Notes: generated by a model from the sequence alone, not told the origin. A stretch of 32,000 nt of DNA from Prochlorococcus marinus subsp. pastoris str. CCMP1986 (GCF_000011465.1 NC_005072.1:510001-542000); one strand, 5' to 3'; counted from the first letter of the stretch, positions 17,894 through 28,265 are shown. A program made the numbers and translations.

Positions 17894-19690
17894 ATGTTTT
17901 TGAATGATTTTGATAGAATAAAAAAATTAGGTAGATATTTAACTAAAGATAAAAAAACTATTTATCTTATTCTAATAGTCTTATTACCGGTTTCATTTGC
18001 AGGGGCTATTCAACCATTATTAGTTGGTCAAGCTATAACAATCTTAAAAAATGAGAGCACAGATGTCTGGTTAAGTAAAACATTCTTTGGGCAATCTATA
18101 AATATAATTATTATCACTTTGTTTATAACTGTTCTTTTTAGATTAGTGTTGCAAGGATATCAATCATATAATATCCAATCTGTTGGACAAAGATTAACAG
18201 CAAGGATTAGAAGAGAACTTTTCGAACATTCTATTTCTCTTTCTCTTAAGTATCACGATAAAATGCCCGTCGGTAAATTACTAACAAGACTTACCAATGA
18301 TGTGGATGCATTGGCTGAGGTTTTTGGCAGTGGCGCAGTCGGAGTTATTGCTGATTTTGTTAGTCTTATAGTCATTTCGTTGACAATGCTTTCTATAGAT
18401 AAAGGATTGGCAACTTTGCTTCTCTTAACTCAAATTCCTGTTTCATATTTTATTATCTGGCTTCAAAAACGCTATAGAAAAGCAAATTATCAAGTAAGAG
18501 AGGAATTATCTCAACTTAACTCTGACTTCCAAGAGAATCTTCAAGGTTTAGAGGTCGTTCAAATGTTTAGGAGAGAATTTTTCAATAGTAGGAAATTTTC
18601 TAATACGGGTATTGCTTACCAGAAAGCAGTTAATGGGACCATTTTTTACGATAGTAGTATATCTGCTTTTATAGAATGGATATCCCTTGCAGCAGTGTCA
18701 TTAGTATTGGCGGTGGGAGGGTATCTAGTAACTTCGGGCAATATTGGTTTAGGAACATTAACAACTTTTATTCTTTACTCCCAAAGACTCTTCGAGCCTT
18801 TAAGACAGTTAGCAGAGAGATTTACACAGATTCAAGGGGGACTTACTGCTGTAGAGAGAATAAATGAATTATTAGATGAAGAAATTGAGATTAAAGACTC
18901 TATTTATACTCAACAACTTTCAGGAGGAATTTTAAGTAAGGATTATAAATTTAAAGGGAAGATTGAATTTCGGAATGTAAATTTTTTTTATAACGAGGGT
19001 GAACATGTAATAAAAGACCTATCATTTTTAATTAATCCAGGAGAACATGTAGCTTTTGTTGGCCCAACTGGTTCTGGTAAAACAACCATAATAAGGTTGT
19101 TATGTAGACTATATGAGCCTCAAGAAGGCCAGATTTTGATAGATGATGTAGATATTAAGGGTATACCAATAGCAAGACTTAGAAATATGCTTGGTGTCGT
19201 GCTGCAAGATACTTTTATTTTTAGTGGTGATGTTTCAGAAAACTTAAAATTAAGTACCGATATTAATAAACAAGACTTAGAAAATATTTGTAAAGAGCTT
19301 GGTTTAGATACTTTATTGAAAAAATTGCCTGATGGTTTGAATACTTATCTTAGAGAGAGGGGAGGTAATCTTTCATCCGGAGAAAGACAACTTCTTTCTG
19401 TTGCTAGGGTAGCCATAAGAAATCCAATTATCTTGATAATGGACGAAGCTACTGCATTTATGGATCCATCTACAGAAGCAACCTTGCAAAAAGATCTTGA
19501 AAGAATATTGAATAAAAGAACGGCATTAGTGATCGCGCATAGATTAGCTACTATTGAGAAATCTGATAAGATATTAGTCTTAAAAGGGGGAACTTTAATT
19601 GAAGAAGGGAATCATAGAGAGCTTAGACTCAAAAAAGGATTATATTTCCAACTTTCCGAGCTTCAAGAAAAGGGATTTGCTAGCTTTTAA
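17894..19690 (+). CDS. ABC exporter, fused permease/ATPase (MsbA/MdlB-like half transporter)
   Basis: 598 aa with an N-terminal multi-TM domain, Walker A GPTGSGKTT, signature LSSGERQ and Walker B ILIMDEAT. It starts 4 nt after hisG. Confidence 0.9.
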   Translation: MFLNDFDRIKKLGRYLTKDKKTIYLILIVLLPVSFAGAIQPLLVGQAITILKNESTDVWLSKTFFGQSINIIIITLFITVLFRLVLQGYQSYNIQSVGQRLTARIRRELFEHSISLSLKYHDKMPVGKLLTRLTNDVDALAEVFGSGAVGVIADFVSLIVISLTMLSIDKGLATLLLLTQIPVSYFIIWLQKRYRKANYQVREELSQLNSDFQENLQGLEVVQMFRREFFNSRKFSNTGIAYQKAVNGTIFYDSSISAFIEWISLAAVSLVLAVGGYLVTSGNIGLGTLTTFILYSQRLFEPLRQLAERFTQIQGGLTAVERINELLDEEIEIKDSIYTQQLSGGILSKDYKFKGKIEFRNVNFFYNEGEHVIKDLSFLINPGEHVAFVGPTGSGKTTIIRLLCRLYEPQEGQILIDDVDIKGIPIARLRNMLGVVLQDTFIFSGDVSENLKLSTDINKQDLENICKELGLDTLLKKLPDGLNTYLRERGGNLSSGERQLLSVARVAIRNPIILIMDEATAFMDPSTEATLQKDLERILNKRTALVIAHRLATIEKSDKILVLKGGTLIEEGNHRELRLKKGLYFQLSELQEKGFASF

Positions 19691-20220
19691 TGATTTTTAG
19701 GAACAAAAGGTCATCAATTAAGAAAACAAATATTCTTTCTCAAGATGAGCTGATTAAACATTATGGTATAAATTCTTATGAATTCACCCATCAAGAGAAA
19801 AAAGAGATATTTGTTTGTAGCAAGGTCAAGGAATTTGACCTTATTGAGTTAGATCAACTTTTGCAGACTGTAGGATGGAGCAGGAGGCCAATAAGGCGAG
19901 TTAAAAGAGCTTTAGAATTTAGTATTCTAGTAGTTGGGTTATGGCGTCATGATGAGAAATTTCCTAGGCTTGTAGGTTTCGCTAGATGTACTGGGGACGG
20001 GATTATTGAGGCAACTATTTGGGATGTTGCTATCAATCCTGTTTATCAAGGACTTGGTTTAGGTAAAGAATTGATGAAATATATATTGCAAGAATTAAAA
20101 AAAATTGGGATATCAAAGGTTACTTTATTCGCGGACGCCGAGGTGGTTTCATTTTATAAAAGGCAGGGTTGGGAATTAGAACCAAAAGGTTCAAAATGTG
20201 CTTTTTGGTATGCAAATTAA
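19690..20220 (+). CDS. GNAT-family N-acetyltransferase
   Basis: 176 aa. It has an acetyl-CoA motif A-like segment, VAINPVYQGLGLGKELM. Its ATG overlaps the ABC stop (TAATG). Confidence 0.75.
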   Translation: MIFRNKRSSIKKTNILSQDELIKHYGINSYEFTHQEKKEIFVCSKVKEFDLIELDQLLQTVGWSRRPIRRVKRALEFSILVVGLWRHDEKFPRLVGFARCTGDGIIEATIWDVAINPVYQGLGLGKELMKYILQELKKIGISKVTLFADAEVVSFYKRQGWELEPKGSKCAFWYAN

Positions 20221-20221
20221 T

Positions 20222-20905
20222 TTAATTTTTGTAGTAATCATTATGTAAAGATTTTATTGACTCTCCTCTTAACCATCTTTTCCTATAACTCCAATTCTTG
20301 AATGCTTGAAAAATGATATTAGTTTTTTCCCACTTCCTACTACTTGTATAAATTGGAATAGTTAATCTTTTTAAAGATGTCTTATTCTTTAATCTTTTTA
20401 TAAAATCTAAATCCTCCATCAAAGGAATTTTTCTATAACCTTTATTCTTAAAATATATTTCCCTGTGAATTAAGAGACCTTGATCACCATATGGATCTTT
20501 GAAGATATAGCTTCTTAGGTTTACAACTATCTCGAGAAATCTGTAAATAATTTTTTTATTATTAATCTTGAATTTAAAAAAATAAACAGAATTTTCATCG
20601 TATCTCATTACTGACTTCACTTTTTTTAACCAATCTTGATTAAGCCTAGAATCGGCATGTAAGAAAATAAACCATTTTCCTGTAGCCTTTTTGGCTCCGA
20701 TATTTAATTGCAACCCTCTGTTCTTTTTTTTTGATTTATGTATCTTTGATCCATATAATTTTCCTATCTCTACAGTTTTATCCTCACTATTACAATCTAC
20801 AATTAGTATCTCTGCTTCCTCATTAGAAATTGATAAATCCGAGAGAAGTAATGGTAAGTATTGAGATTCGTTATAAGTTGGAATAATAATTGAGATTTTA
20901 TGCAA
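20222..20905 (-). CDS. Family 2 glycosyltransferase-like protein (TIGR04283-like pattern)
   Basis: 227 aa with a TTG start in the track. Motifs are ISIIIPTYNE, ILIVDCNSEDKT, NRGLQLNIGAKKA and FLHADSRL. Confidence 0.75.
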   Translation of the reverse strand: MHKISIIIPTYNESQYLPLLLSDLSISNEEAEILIVDCNSEDKTVEIGKLYGSKIHKSKKKNRGLQLNIGAKKATGKWFIFLHADSRLNQDWLKKVKSVMRYDENSVYFFKFKINNKKIIYRFLEIVVNLRSYIFKDPYGDQGLLIHREIYFKNKGYRKIPLMEDLDFIKRLKNKTSLKRLTIPIYTSSRKWEKTNIIFQAFKNWSYRKRWLRGESIKSLHNDYYKN

Positions 20906-20910
20906 GTTAA

Positions 20911-21546
20911 TTATCCTCTTTTTTCGATATCTATAATCGTATCAATATCTATTTTTCGATGAAGGAAGTCATATTTTAAGTCAATTGAAGAAAGGTTTTT
21001 AATAGTTTGTTCAAGGACGTCTTCTCTACCCCATTTAATGTTTATAAAGGGTAAATATAGATTAGCAGATAATAATCTTTCAGAAAAAGCAATAAGCCAA
21101 TATCCTCCATCATTTGAGGGGCCTAAAATCAGATCATTTTTTTTAAGTTTTGAAAGAGTATTTAATAAATCCATATGACAAAAATCTGGAAGATCAGTCC
21201 CTATAAAAATAATATTTCTTTTTTTTTTTAAACTATTTTTTTTTTCTATAAGAATTTGCCTTCTCATCTTTTCTCCTAAACATCCTTTACCTTGTAATTT
21301 AAAGTTTTTAATTCCTAATTCATTACTCCACCTTTTACTATTTTTTAATCCTAGTCCAGATATGGCTAAGGAAATATCAATCAAACCTTTATTCTCCAGA
21401 AATTTCGCAACTGAAACAGTATGAACTGTCATTTTTTTCTGCACTTTTGCAGAACTAATTTTCCCTATATCTTTTGATAATCTATTTTTGCAACGACCAT
21501 AAGCATGCCACTTAGTCATCACTATGAGTAGTGCTTTATCCAACAA
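20911..21546 (-). CDS. DUF2064-family nucleotidyl-transferase-like protein (TIGR04282-like pattern)
   Basis: 211 aa with a TTG start in the track. Motifs are LIVMTKWHAYGRCKNRL, IFIGTDLPD and NDGGYWLIAF. It lies 5 nt upstream of the GT2 gene on the same strand. Confidence 0.7.
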   Translation of the reverse strand: MLDKALLIVMTKWHAYGRCKNRLSKDIGKISSAKVQKKMTVHTVSVAKFLENKGLIDISLAISGLGLKNSKRWSNELGIKNFKLQGKGCLGEKMRRQILIEKKNSLKKKRNIIFIGTDLPDFCHMDLLNTLSKLKKNDLILGPSNDGGYWLIAFSERLLSANLYLPFINIKWGREDVLEQTIKNLSSIDLKYDFLHRKIDIDTIIDIEKRG

Positions 21547-21715
21547 AACATAAACAAGGTGTAATTATTATAAGGTTTAGGCAATTAATAGATTTCACTT
21601 TTTTAAAATTTATAATCTGTATTGTTAATAAATTTTAAATTTATCATGATCTTATGATTTGAGACTGACCAATTAATAAATTCCCACTAGATTAAATATC
21701 TATTGAAAAAATTTA

Positions 21716-23107
21716 GTGCAAGCAGCCAATCCTATTTGGGCAGAAGTTCAACAATTACTTCAAAAGAATTTAAGCAAGCCTTCTTTCGAAACTTGGATAA
21801 GGCCAGCAAAATTTAATTGTTTTGAAAATGGATTGTTAACTCTGATTACTCCAAATAACTTTACAAGTGATTGGCTAAGAAAAAATTATAGTGAAACTAT
21901 TGAAAAAGCTGCAGAAGAAATTTGTGGACATAATGTAAAAGTAGTTTTTAAGTCTGAAACTAATATCAACAACAATTCAAATTCTTCTGATTCAGTTAGC
22001 CAGCAAAATATTAATTCTCAATCAAAATCATTTTCAATAAATCAGAGTAATAATTTAATTAATAGATCAAAAAAATCTCATTCTTTAAATACACGTTATG
22101 TCTTTAAAAGATTTGTTGTAGGTCCTAATAGTCGAATGGCCCATGCTGCAGCTTTAGCAGTGGCAGAATCTCCGGGAAGAGAATTTAATCCCTTATTTAT
22201 TTGTGGTGGTGTCGGTCTTGGAAAGACTCACTTGATGCAAGCTGTTGGTCATTATCGAGTAGAAATTGATCCAGATGCGAAAGTTTTATATGTCTCCACT
22301 GAAACTTTCAGCAGTGATTTAATTCAATCTATTAGAAAAGATGGAATGCATGCCTTTAAAAATAAATATAGATCAGTAGATCTATTATTAATTGACGATA
22401 TACAATTCTTGGAGGGGAAGGAATATACACAAGAAGAATTTTTTAATACTTTCAATGCTTTATATGAAGCGGGTAAACAAATCGTTATTGCAAGTGATAG
22501 GCCTCCTAGTCAAATACCTAAATTACAAGAAAGGCTAATTTCAAGATTCTCAATGGGATTAATTGCAGATATTCAACCTCCTGATATAGAGACAAGAATG
22601 GCGATTCTGCAGAAAAAAGCTGAACAAGAAAGAATGAATCTCCCAAGAGATTTGATTCAATTTATCGCAGGAAGATTTTCTTCAAATATTCGAGAATTAG
22701 AGGGAGCCTTTACTAGGGCAGTGGCTTTTGCCTCAATAACTGGATTACCTATGACAGTTCAATCAATTGCTCCAATGCTTGATCCAAATAGCGTTGGAGT
22801 AGTAGTGACTCCTAAGCAGGTAATTAAAAAAGTCTCAGATTTCTTTGAAGTTTCAGCTGAAGAATTAGTTAGTTCAAGCAGAAGAAAGCCAGTCAGCCAG
22901 GCAAGGCAAATAGGCATGTATCTAATGAGGCAGGGAACTGATCTAAGCCTTCCGAAAATTGGAGATGAATTTGGAGGTAAAGACCATACAACAGTTATGT
23001 ATGCTATTGAGCAAGTGGAAAAAAAATTGTCAAGTGATCCAAATGTTGCCAGTCAAGTTCAAAAAATAAAAGATTTACTTCAAATAGATTCAAGAAAAAA
23101 TTTATAA
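21716..23107 (+). CDS. dnaA: Chromosomal replication initiator protein DnaA
   Basis: 463 aa with a GTG start. It has Walker [11 protein letters not shown], Walker [11 protein letters not shown] and the C-terminal DNA-binding signature [16 protein letters not shown]. Confidence 0.97.
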   Translation: MQAANPIWAEVQQLLQKNLSKPSFETWIRPAKFNCFENGLLTLITPNNFTSDWLRKNYSETIEKAAEEICGHNVKVVFKSETNINNNSNSSDSVSQQNINSQSKSFSINQSNNLINRSKKSHSLNTRYVFKRFVVGPNSRMAHAAALAVAESPGREFNPLFICGGVGLGKTHLMQAVGHYRVEIDPDAKVLYVSTETFSSDLIQSIRKDGMHAFKNKYRSVDLLLIDDIQFLEGKEYTQEEFFNTFNALYEAGKQIVIASDRPPSQIPKLQERLISRFSMGLIADIQPPDIETRMAILQKKAEQERMNLPRDLIQFIAGRFSSNIRELEGAFTRAVAFASITGLPMTVQSIAPMLDPNSVGVVVTPKQVIKKVSDFFEVSAEELVSSSRRKPVSQARQIGMYLMRQGTDLSLPKIGDEFGGKDHTTVMYAIEQVEKKLSSDPNVASQVQKIKDLLQIDSRKNL

Positions 23108-24340
23108 TCTTTTTTTTAATATAAATCTGGCAGGATCTTGATCATATCTATGTTTTTCTGGAATCTTATCGATTTTGGTATTAAGATTCGTTGACTCAAT
23201 TTTATTTAAAGATTGTCTTAATATCCTTGCAGAAATTACAGGCATATCTCTTGGCACAGAAATTCTATTTTTTAAGTAGTTGATAGATGTAGCTGCCTTT
23301 TTGGGAACTTCATTGATTTCGGAGGTAATCATATGGGTAAGAGCAGCCCTTAATGATTCCTCAAATAAGTCTTTTTCATAAGGATTAGCGTTAATAATAT
23401 TGTCTTTATGTTTTAGAACTCTTTTAAGTGCAAATTTAGCGTAATAACCCAAGTCAATATCTTGATTAAATTCCAAGTTCCCTAGCCCTTCTCCTACATC
23501 TATTAGATTAGAAAAGGAAATTTGTTGATCATTAACATCCTTAAAGCAGCCACCCATTTGAGGAGGTAGATCATGGGAATGAGTATGAAAATCACCTTGA
23601 GTACCTCTATATGCACTGAAATTTTCAAAAAGGGTTAACCATCTATCAATAAAAGGATAACTATTTCTTAAATCGAACCCCTTGTAATAACTTAATGAAG
23701 CATTCATTCTTTCCATATATGGAATAAAAATTATGTCTCCAGTACCTGGCTCTAATTTTTCTGAATCATGTATTGGTGAATCAATAAACCCTGTTTTGGA
23801 TAAACTTAATATTTTTTCTAATTTGCAAATAGATTCTCTAAATTTTTTTTTTCGAAAGGATAAATCTAAATAACTAAAGCTTTTTCTGCAAAGCCAATTA
23901 CACCATGATCTAAAAATTTCTCTTTCTAAATTTCTAACTTCTCCAATATCCTTTGATAATAGAGAGGAACCAAGTGTTCCATATTCATTTTCTAAAAAAG
24001 TGATAATGTTATCACTTTCAGTTATTATCTTGCCATTCAATTCTATCGCAGGCAATTTACCAGAACTTACTTTGTTGAGATACCACTTTTCTTTTTGGCC
24101 ATAACAATACATATTTATTTTCTTCACTTTGTAAGGAATCCTTTTGAATTCAAGCCATAACCATATTTTTTGACAGTAAGGGCACCAAGAATGTCGATCT
24201 CTATAGAAAATCAGTTCGACTTCTTTTTCGCAATGGCCAAATAATCTTAAGTTTGAATAAGAATTATTTATCCCATTAACTCTATCAATATCATCAATTT
24301 TGAATTTACTTAAATCAGCCCAACTCAAGATGTTATTCAT
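23102..24340 (-). CDS. Glutaredoxin/GST-like protein with an N-terminal CPYC motif and a long C-terminal extension
   Basis: 412 aa. [23 protein letters not shown] is a thioredoxin-fold CPYC active-site context followed by GST-N-like LPAIELNG. The C-terminal ~200 aa are unassigned. Confidence 0.65.
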   Translation of the reverse strand: MNNILSWADLSKFKIDDIDRVNGINNSYSNLRLFGHCEKEVELIFYRDRHSWCPYCQKIWLWLEFKRIPYKVKKINMYCYGQKEKWYLNKVSSGKLPAIELNGKIITESDNIITFLENEYGTLGSSLLSKDIGEVRNLEREIFRSWCNWLCRKSFSYLDLSFRKKKFRESICKLEKILSLSKTGFIDSPIHDSEKLEPGTGDIIFIPYMERMNASLSYYKGFDLRNSYPFIDRWLTLFENFSAYRGTQGDFHTHSHDLPPQMGGCFKDVNDQQISFSNLIDVGEGLGNLEFNQDIDLGYYAKFALKRVLKHKDNIINANPYEKDLFEESLRAALTHMITSEINEVPKKAATSINYLKNRISVPRDMPVISARILRQSLNKIESTNLNTKIDKIPEKHRYDQDPARFILKKRL

Positions 24341-24376
24341 TTATTGAATTTAAGCTTTATATTTACGATATAATAA

Positions 24377-25756
24377 ATGATTTTAAAGGTTTTGGAATTC
24401 GAATTTGACTTAATTGTTTTGGGTGCTGGTTCGGGAGGATTGGCTGCCGCAAAACGAGCTGCGAGTTATGGCGCAAAAGTTGCAATAATTGAGGTAAACA
24501 AAATTGGAGGGACCTGCGTTATTCGAGGTTGCGTGCCAAAAAAATTGATGGTTTATGCTGCTAATAATAGAAGAAATATGTTGTCTTCAGAAGGTTATGG
24601 GTTAATAAGCAAAGAAATAACTTTTGAATCAAACATTTTACTGAAAAATGTGAGAGAAGAAGTTTCTAGATTAAGTGTTTTACATTCAAATTCTTTAAAA
24701 AAATTAAACGTTAAAGTTTTTGAGGGCCTTGGAAGATTTTTAAATCAAAATACAGTAGAAGTAGTTTGTCCAAAAACAAAAAATATTTTAAGAAAAGTAA
24801 GTGCCAAAAGTATTCTTATTTCAGTTGGTGGCAAACCAAAAAAATTAAATATTCCTGGAACAGATTTTGCGTGGACCAGCGATGATATTTTTGAATTAAA
24901 AGATTTTCCTAAGAAATTGTTAATAGTTGGGGGAGGTTATATTGCCTGTGAATTTGCATCTATTTTTAAAAACTTAGGCACTGAAGTTACTCAATTAATA
25001 AGAGGTGAGAACTTGTTAAATGGTTTTGATAAAGACTTGTCTGAATGTTTAGAAAAATCAATGACTTCCTTAGGTATAAATTTAAAATTCAAAAATCAGT
25101 TAAAGTCCATTAAAAAGATAAATGATGGTCTAGAGTCGACTTTGGAATCAGGAAGTAAATTATTAACCGATAATATACTTGTTGCAACTGGACGAGAGCC
25201 ATCTCTTAAAAGATTAAATTTAGATACTTTAAATCTTAAAATGGATGGAATATATTTAGAAGTTAATGAGCTTAATAAGACAAGTATTTCTAATATATTT
25301 GCTATTGGAGATATAGTAAAAAGACCAAATTTAACACCTGTAGCAATTGAACAAGGGAGAGTTTTTGCAGATAATTATTTCGCTGCTCTTAAAAGAAAAG
25401 TTAATTATGAAAATATTCCTAAGGCAGTCTTTACTATCCCAGAAATTTCAACAGTTGGACTTAGTGAGGAAAAGGCAAATGAAATTTATTCGGAAGTAAA
25501 TGTGCAAGTTTTTAAATGTAATTTTACGCCTATGTCTAATACCTTTAAAAAGAATAAATCTAAATGCATGTTAAAACTTGTGGTCAATAAAAAAAATGAT
25601 AAGGTCCTAGGCTGCCATATGTTTGGAGAAGCAGCCTCTGAGATTATACAAATGGTTGCAGTATCTTTAAATACAGGGATTACTAAAAAGGATTTTGATA
25701 CTACTATGGCGTTGCATCCTACTATTTCAGAGGAATTTGTAACTATGTACGGGTAA
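24377..25756 (+). CDS. gor: Glutathione reductase (class I pyridine nucleotide-disulfide oxidoreductase)
   Basis: 459 aa. It has FAD motif GAGSGG, the redox-active disulfide GGTCVIRGCVPKK, an NAD(P) motif GGGYIACE and the C-terminal HPTISEEF. Confidence 0.88.
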   Translation: MILKVLEFEFDLIVLGAGSGGLAAAKRAASYGAKVAIIEVNKIGGTCVIRGCVPKKLMVYAANNRRNMLSSEGYGLISKEITFESNILLKNVREEVSRLSVLHSNSLKKLNVKVFEGLGRFLNQNTVEVVCPKTKNILRKVSAKSILISVGGKPKKLNIPGTDFAWTSDDIFELKDFPKKLLIVGGGYIACEFASIFKNLGTEVTQLIRGENLLNGFDKDLSECLEKSMTSLGINLKFKNQLKSIKKINDGLESTLESGSKLLTDNILVATGREPSLKRLNLDTLNLKMDGIYLEVNELNKTSISNIFAIGDIVKRPNLTPVAIEQGRVFADNYFAALKRKVNYENIPKAVFTIPEISTVGLSEEKANEIYSEVNVQVFKCNFTPMSNTFKKNKSKCMLKLVVNKKNDKVLGCHMFGEAASEIIQMVAVSLNTGITKKDFDTTMALHPTISEEFVTMYG

Positions 25757-25761
25757 TTAAA

Positions 25762-26841
25762 TTATCTTCTTGTTGTTTTGAGACTTTCTTGGGCAAAAAG
25801 GAATACTGTTAAAAATGCAAAATAAACAAAAATACAAACTCTCAATTCATAGAGATTGTCAAATCCGTTTAAGAAAAATATTTTATCAACGATGTAGAAA
25901 ATATATAGATTTAAAAGTATAAAGCCTTCAGTTCTTGTAATTTTACCCTTGGTCCAAAAGATTGGGAGGCAAGCAAAAGTCGTTAAAACCATAAATGGTA
26001 AGTCAACTTTTATAAGACTTTCATCAATTGTAAAACCTTTTAATCCAGAAAAAATACTGCAACTTCCAAGAATAAGTAGCTGATTAAGCAAATTGCTTCC
26101 AATAACATTACCAATTGCAAGATCTGTTTTACCTTTTAATGCTGCAATTATTGAAGTAACTAGTTCTGGCAGAGAGGTACCAGTCGCAACTATAGTTAGA
26201 CCAATAATAATTTCATTTACCCCCAATAGAGTCGCTAAGGATTGAGAACCATTTACTAAAATATTTGAACCAAAGCTTAGAAGTAAAATTCCAGATATTA
26301 ATTTCAATATAATATTAAATTTAACTTTCTCAATGCCTGGAGACTCTTCTATCTCTGGCTCAGCTTTTTTAGTATCCTCCTCATTTTCCTTTATAGTATT
26401 TATTTCCCAAATTGTATTTAAAGTTAAACAAAATATCAGAAAAATTCCTGCTTGCCAAGTTAAAAGACCAGTTGAAGACATTGCCCAGACTGCACATGAA
26501 ATAGCTATTAAAAGAGGTACATCTCTTCGGACAATTCTACTTTTTACTTTTAAAGGGGTTATCAATGAGCTTATACCTAAGACAACAAGAACATTAAAAA
26601 TATTGCTTCCTATTACATTACTTGCTGCGAGTGAGTCACTCCCCTTAAAGGTTGAATTTAAACTTACTAATAATTCAGGAGAACTTGTCCCTAAGGAAAC
26701 TACGGTCAATCCTATTACTATTTGAGGTATCCCTAAAATTAAAGATAAAGAAATCGCCCCTTGAATGAATAATTCTCCACCTGCAAAAAGTAATATTATT
26801 CCAATTATGATCTCTATTATTGGCAATATAAATTCACTCAT
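25762..26841 (-). CDS. CaCA-family cation/Ca2+ antiporter (YrbG-like)
   Basis: 359 aa and polytopic. It has two alpha-repeat signatures, GTSSPEL and GTSLPEL, separated by an acidic loop. Confidence 0.85.
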   Translation of the reverse strand: MSEFILPIIEIIIGIILLFAGGELFIQGAISLSLILGIPQIVIGLTVVSLGTSSPELLVSLNSTFKGSDSLAASNVIGSNIFNVLVVLGISSLITPLKVKSRIVRRDVPLLIAISCAVWAMSSTGLLTWQAGIFLIFCLTLNTIWEINTIKENEEDTKKAEPEIEESPGIEKVKFNIILKLISGILLLSFGSNILVNGSQSLATLLGVNEIIIGLTIVATGTSLPELVTSIIAALKGKTDLAIGNVIGSNLLNQLLILGSCSIFSGLKGFTIDESLIKVDLPFMVLTTFACLPIFWTKGKITRTEGFILLNLYIFYIVDKIFFLNGFDNLYELRVCIFVYFAFLTVFLFAQESLKTTRR

Positions 26842-26948
26842 ATTTAAAAGACTTCTTTACATGATTATATCTTTAATTGATTCAATAACTTTCTGAAAAC
26901 TATTGTCAAATTTTATTTGCTGTTAAAATTAATTAAATAATTAAAATT

Positions 26949-27998
26949 TTGAAAGAATTAACTATATCAAAACCGGATGATTGGCATTTACATTTAAGGG
27001 AAGGCATTGTTTTAAAAAATATTATTAGGTTTACATCTCAATATTTTGGTAGGGCTATTGTGATGCCAAACACCAAAAACCCAATAACATCTATAGAAAA
27101 ATGTATTTCTTATAAAAATTCTATATTTGAAGCATTGTCTAATAATTCTACATTTGAGCCATTAATGACGATATATCTTACGGACGAGACAATAAAACAT
27201 GAATTAGTAGAAGGTTTTAAAAATAAAGTTTTCTTTGCTGCCAAATTGTATCCTGCTAATGCAACAACAAATTCCAGACATGGAGTTAAAAAAATAGAAA
27301 ATCTTTATGAAATTTTTGAAGTTATGCAAGAACTTGGAATGCCACTTTTAATTCATGGAGAAGTCACTGACCCTGAAGTAGATATTTTTGATAGGGAAGA
27401 AGTTTTTATTGATAAAGAACTTTCACCTTTAATACAACAATTCCCAAGATTAAAGATTGTTTTAGAGCATATAACTACCTCTTATGCAGTTGATTTTGTT
27501 CAGAGGAATAACTTAGGAGCTACTATTACTCCACATCATTTACACATAAATAGAAATGCAATGTTCTTTGGAGGTTTAAATAGTGACTTTTACTGCTTAC
27601 CAGTCGCAAAGAGAGAAAACAATAGAATTGCTTTAAGGAAAGCTGCTACTAGTGGAAAAGAATGTTTTTTCATAGGCACGGATTCTGCTCCTCACTTAAG
27701 ACAGTGGAAAGCTTTTTGTGGTTGTGCAGGCATTTTTAATTCTCCAGTAGCAATAGAAAGCTATTTAAAAGTTTTTGAGGAGGAAAATGCACTTAATCAA
27801 TTCGAAAAATTTGCCAGCTTGAATGGGCCTAATTTTTATAATCTACCTATTAATAACGAAAAAATTAGATTGGTATCAAGGTCAAATAAAATTCCAGAAT
27901 TTATTGAAGTAATTGAACAAAATAAGGTTGTTGGACAAATAAAACCATTTCATGGAGGTGAAACTTTAACTTGGCGAGTAGAGGGAGTTGTTAAATAA
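26949..27998 (+). CDS. pyrC: Dihydroorotase (class II, PyrC)
   Basis: 349 aa with a TTG start in the track. Motifs are PDDWHLHLREG, AAKLYPANATTNS, LLIHGEV and GTDSAPH. Confidence 0.9.
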   Translation: MKELTISKPDDWHLHLREGIVLKNIIRFTSQYFGRAIVMPNTKNPITSIEKCISYKNSIFEALSNNSTFEPLMTIYLTDETIKHELVEGFKNKVFFAAKLYPANATTNSRHGVKKIENLYEIFEVMQELGMPLLIHGEVTDPEVDIFDREEVFIDKELSPLIQQFPRLKIVLEHITTSYAVDFVQRNNLGATITPHHLHINRNAMFFGGLNSDFYCLPVAKRENNRIALRKAATSGKECFFIGTDSAPHLRQWKAFCGCAGIFNSPVAIESYLKVFEEENALNQFEKFASLNGPNFYNLPINNEKIRLVSRSNKIPEFIEVIEQNKVVGQIKPFHGGETLTWRVEGVVK

Positions 27999-28179
27999 AA
28001 AATTAAATATCACATACTAATAACAGAAAAATATGATTATGTCATTTTTTCATAAATGATTAATTTAATGATTGAAAGATATAATCCCATCTCAATATTC
28101 CGAGAAAATGTAAATATTCACATTTTTCTTGGTTTATTAAGATACTTTCGGCTACGATTAAAAAGCGCAAATTCCTCTT

Positions 28180-28265
28180 GGGAGTGTGGCGGAATTGGTA
28201 GACGCGCCGGACTTAAAATCCGTCGAGCGCTTTAGCTCGTGGGGGTTCAAGTCCCCCCACTCCCA
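28180..28265 (+). tRNA. tRNA-Leu, anticodon UAA (type II tRNA with a long variable arm)
   Basis: I folded the cloverleaf by hand. The acceptor stem pairs GGGAGTG with CACTCCC, plus discriminator A. The anticodon loop is CTTAAAA. The variable arm is CGAGC-GCTTTA-GCTCG. The T arm is GGGGG-TTCAAGT-CCCCC. CCA is not encoded. Confidence 0.93.

Noticed and set aside
21547-21715. A possible oriC or DnaA-box cluster in the spacer upstream of dnaA.
   Set aside because: Reading both strands, I found no TTATCCACA/TTTTCCACA-like boxes (no TCCACA or TGTGGA) in the 169-bp spacer, and no dnaN adjacent. Nothing here supports an origin call. GC-skew analysis of the whole genome would be needed.
28103-28128. 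An AU-only imperfect hairpin (GAAAATG...CATTTTTC) after pyrC, considered as a terminator.
   Set aside because: The stem is short, entirely A:U apart from one pair, and contains a bulge. Such structures are common by chance in this composition.
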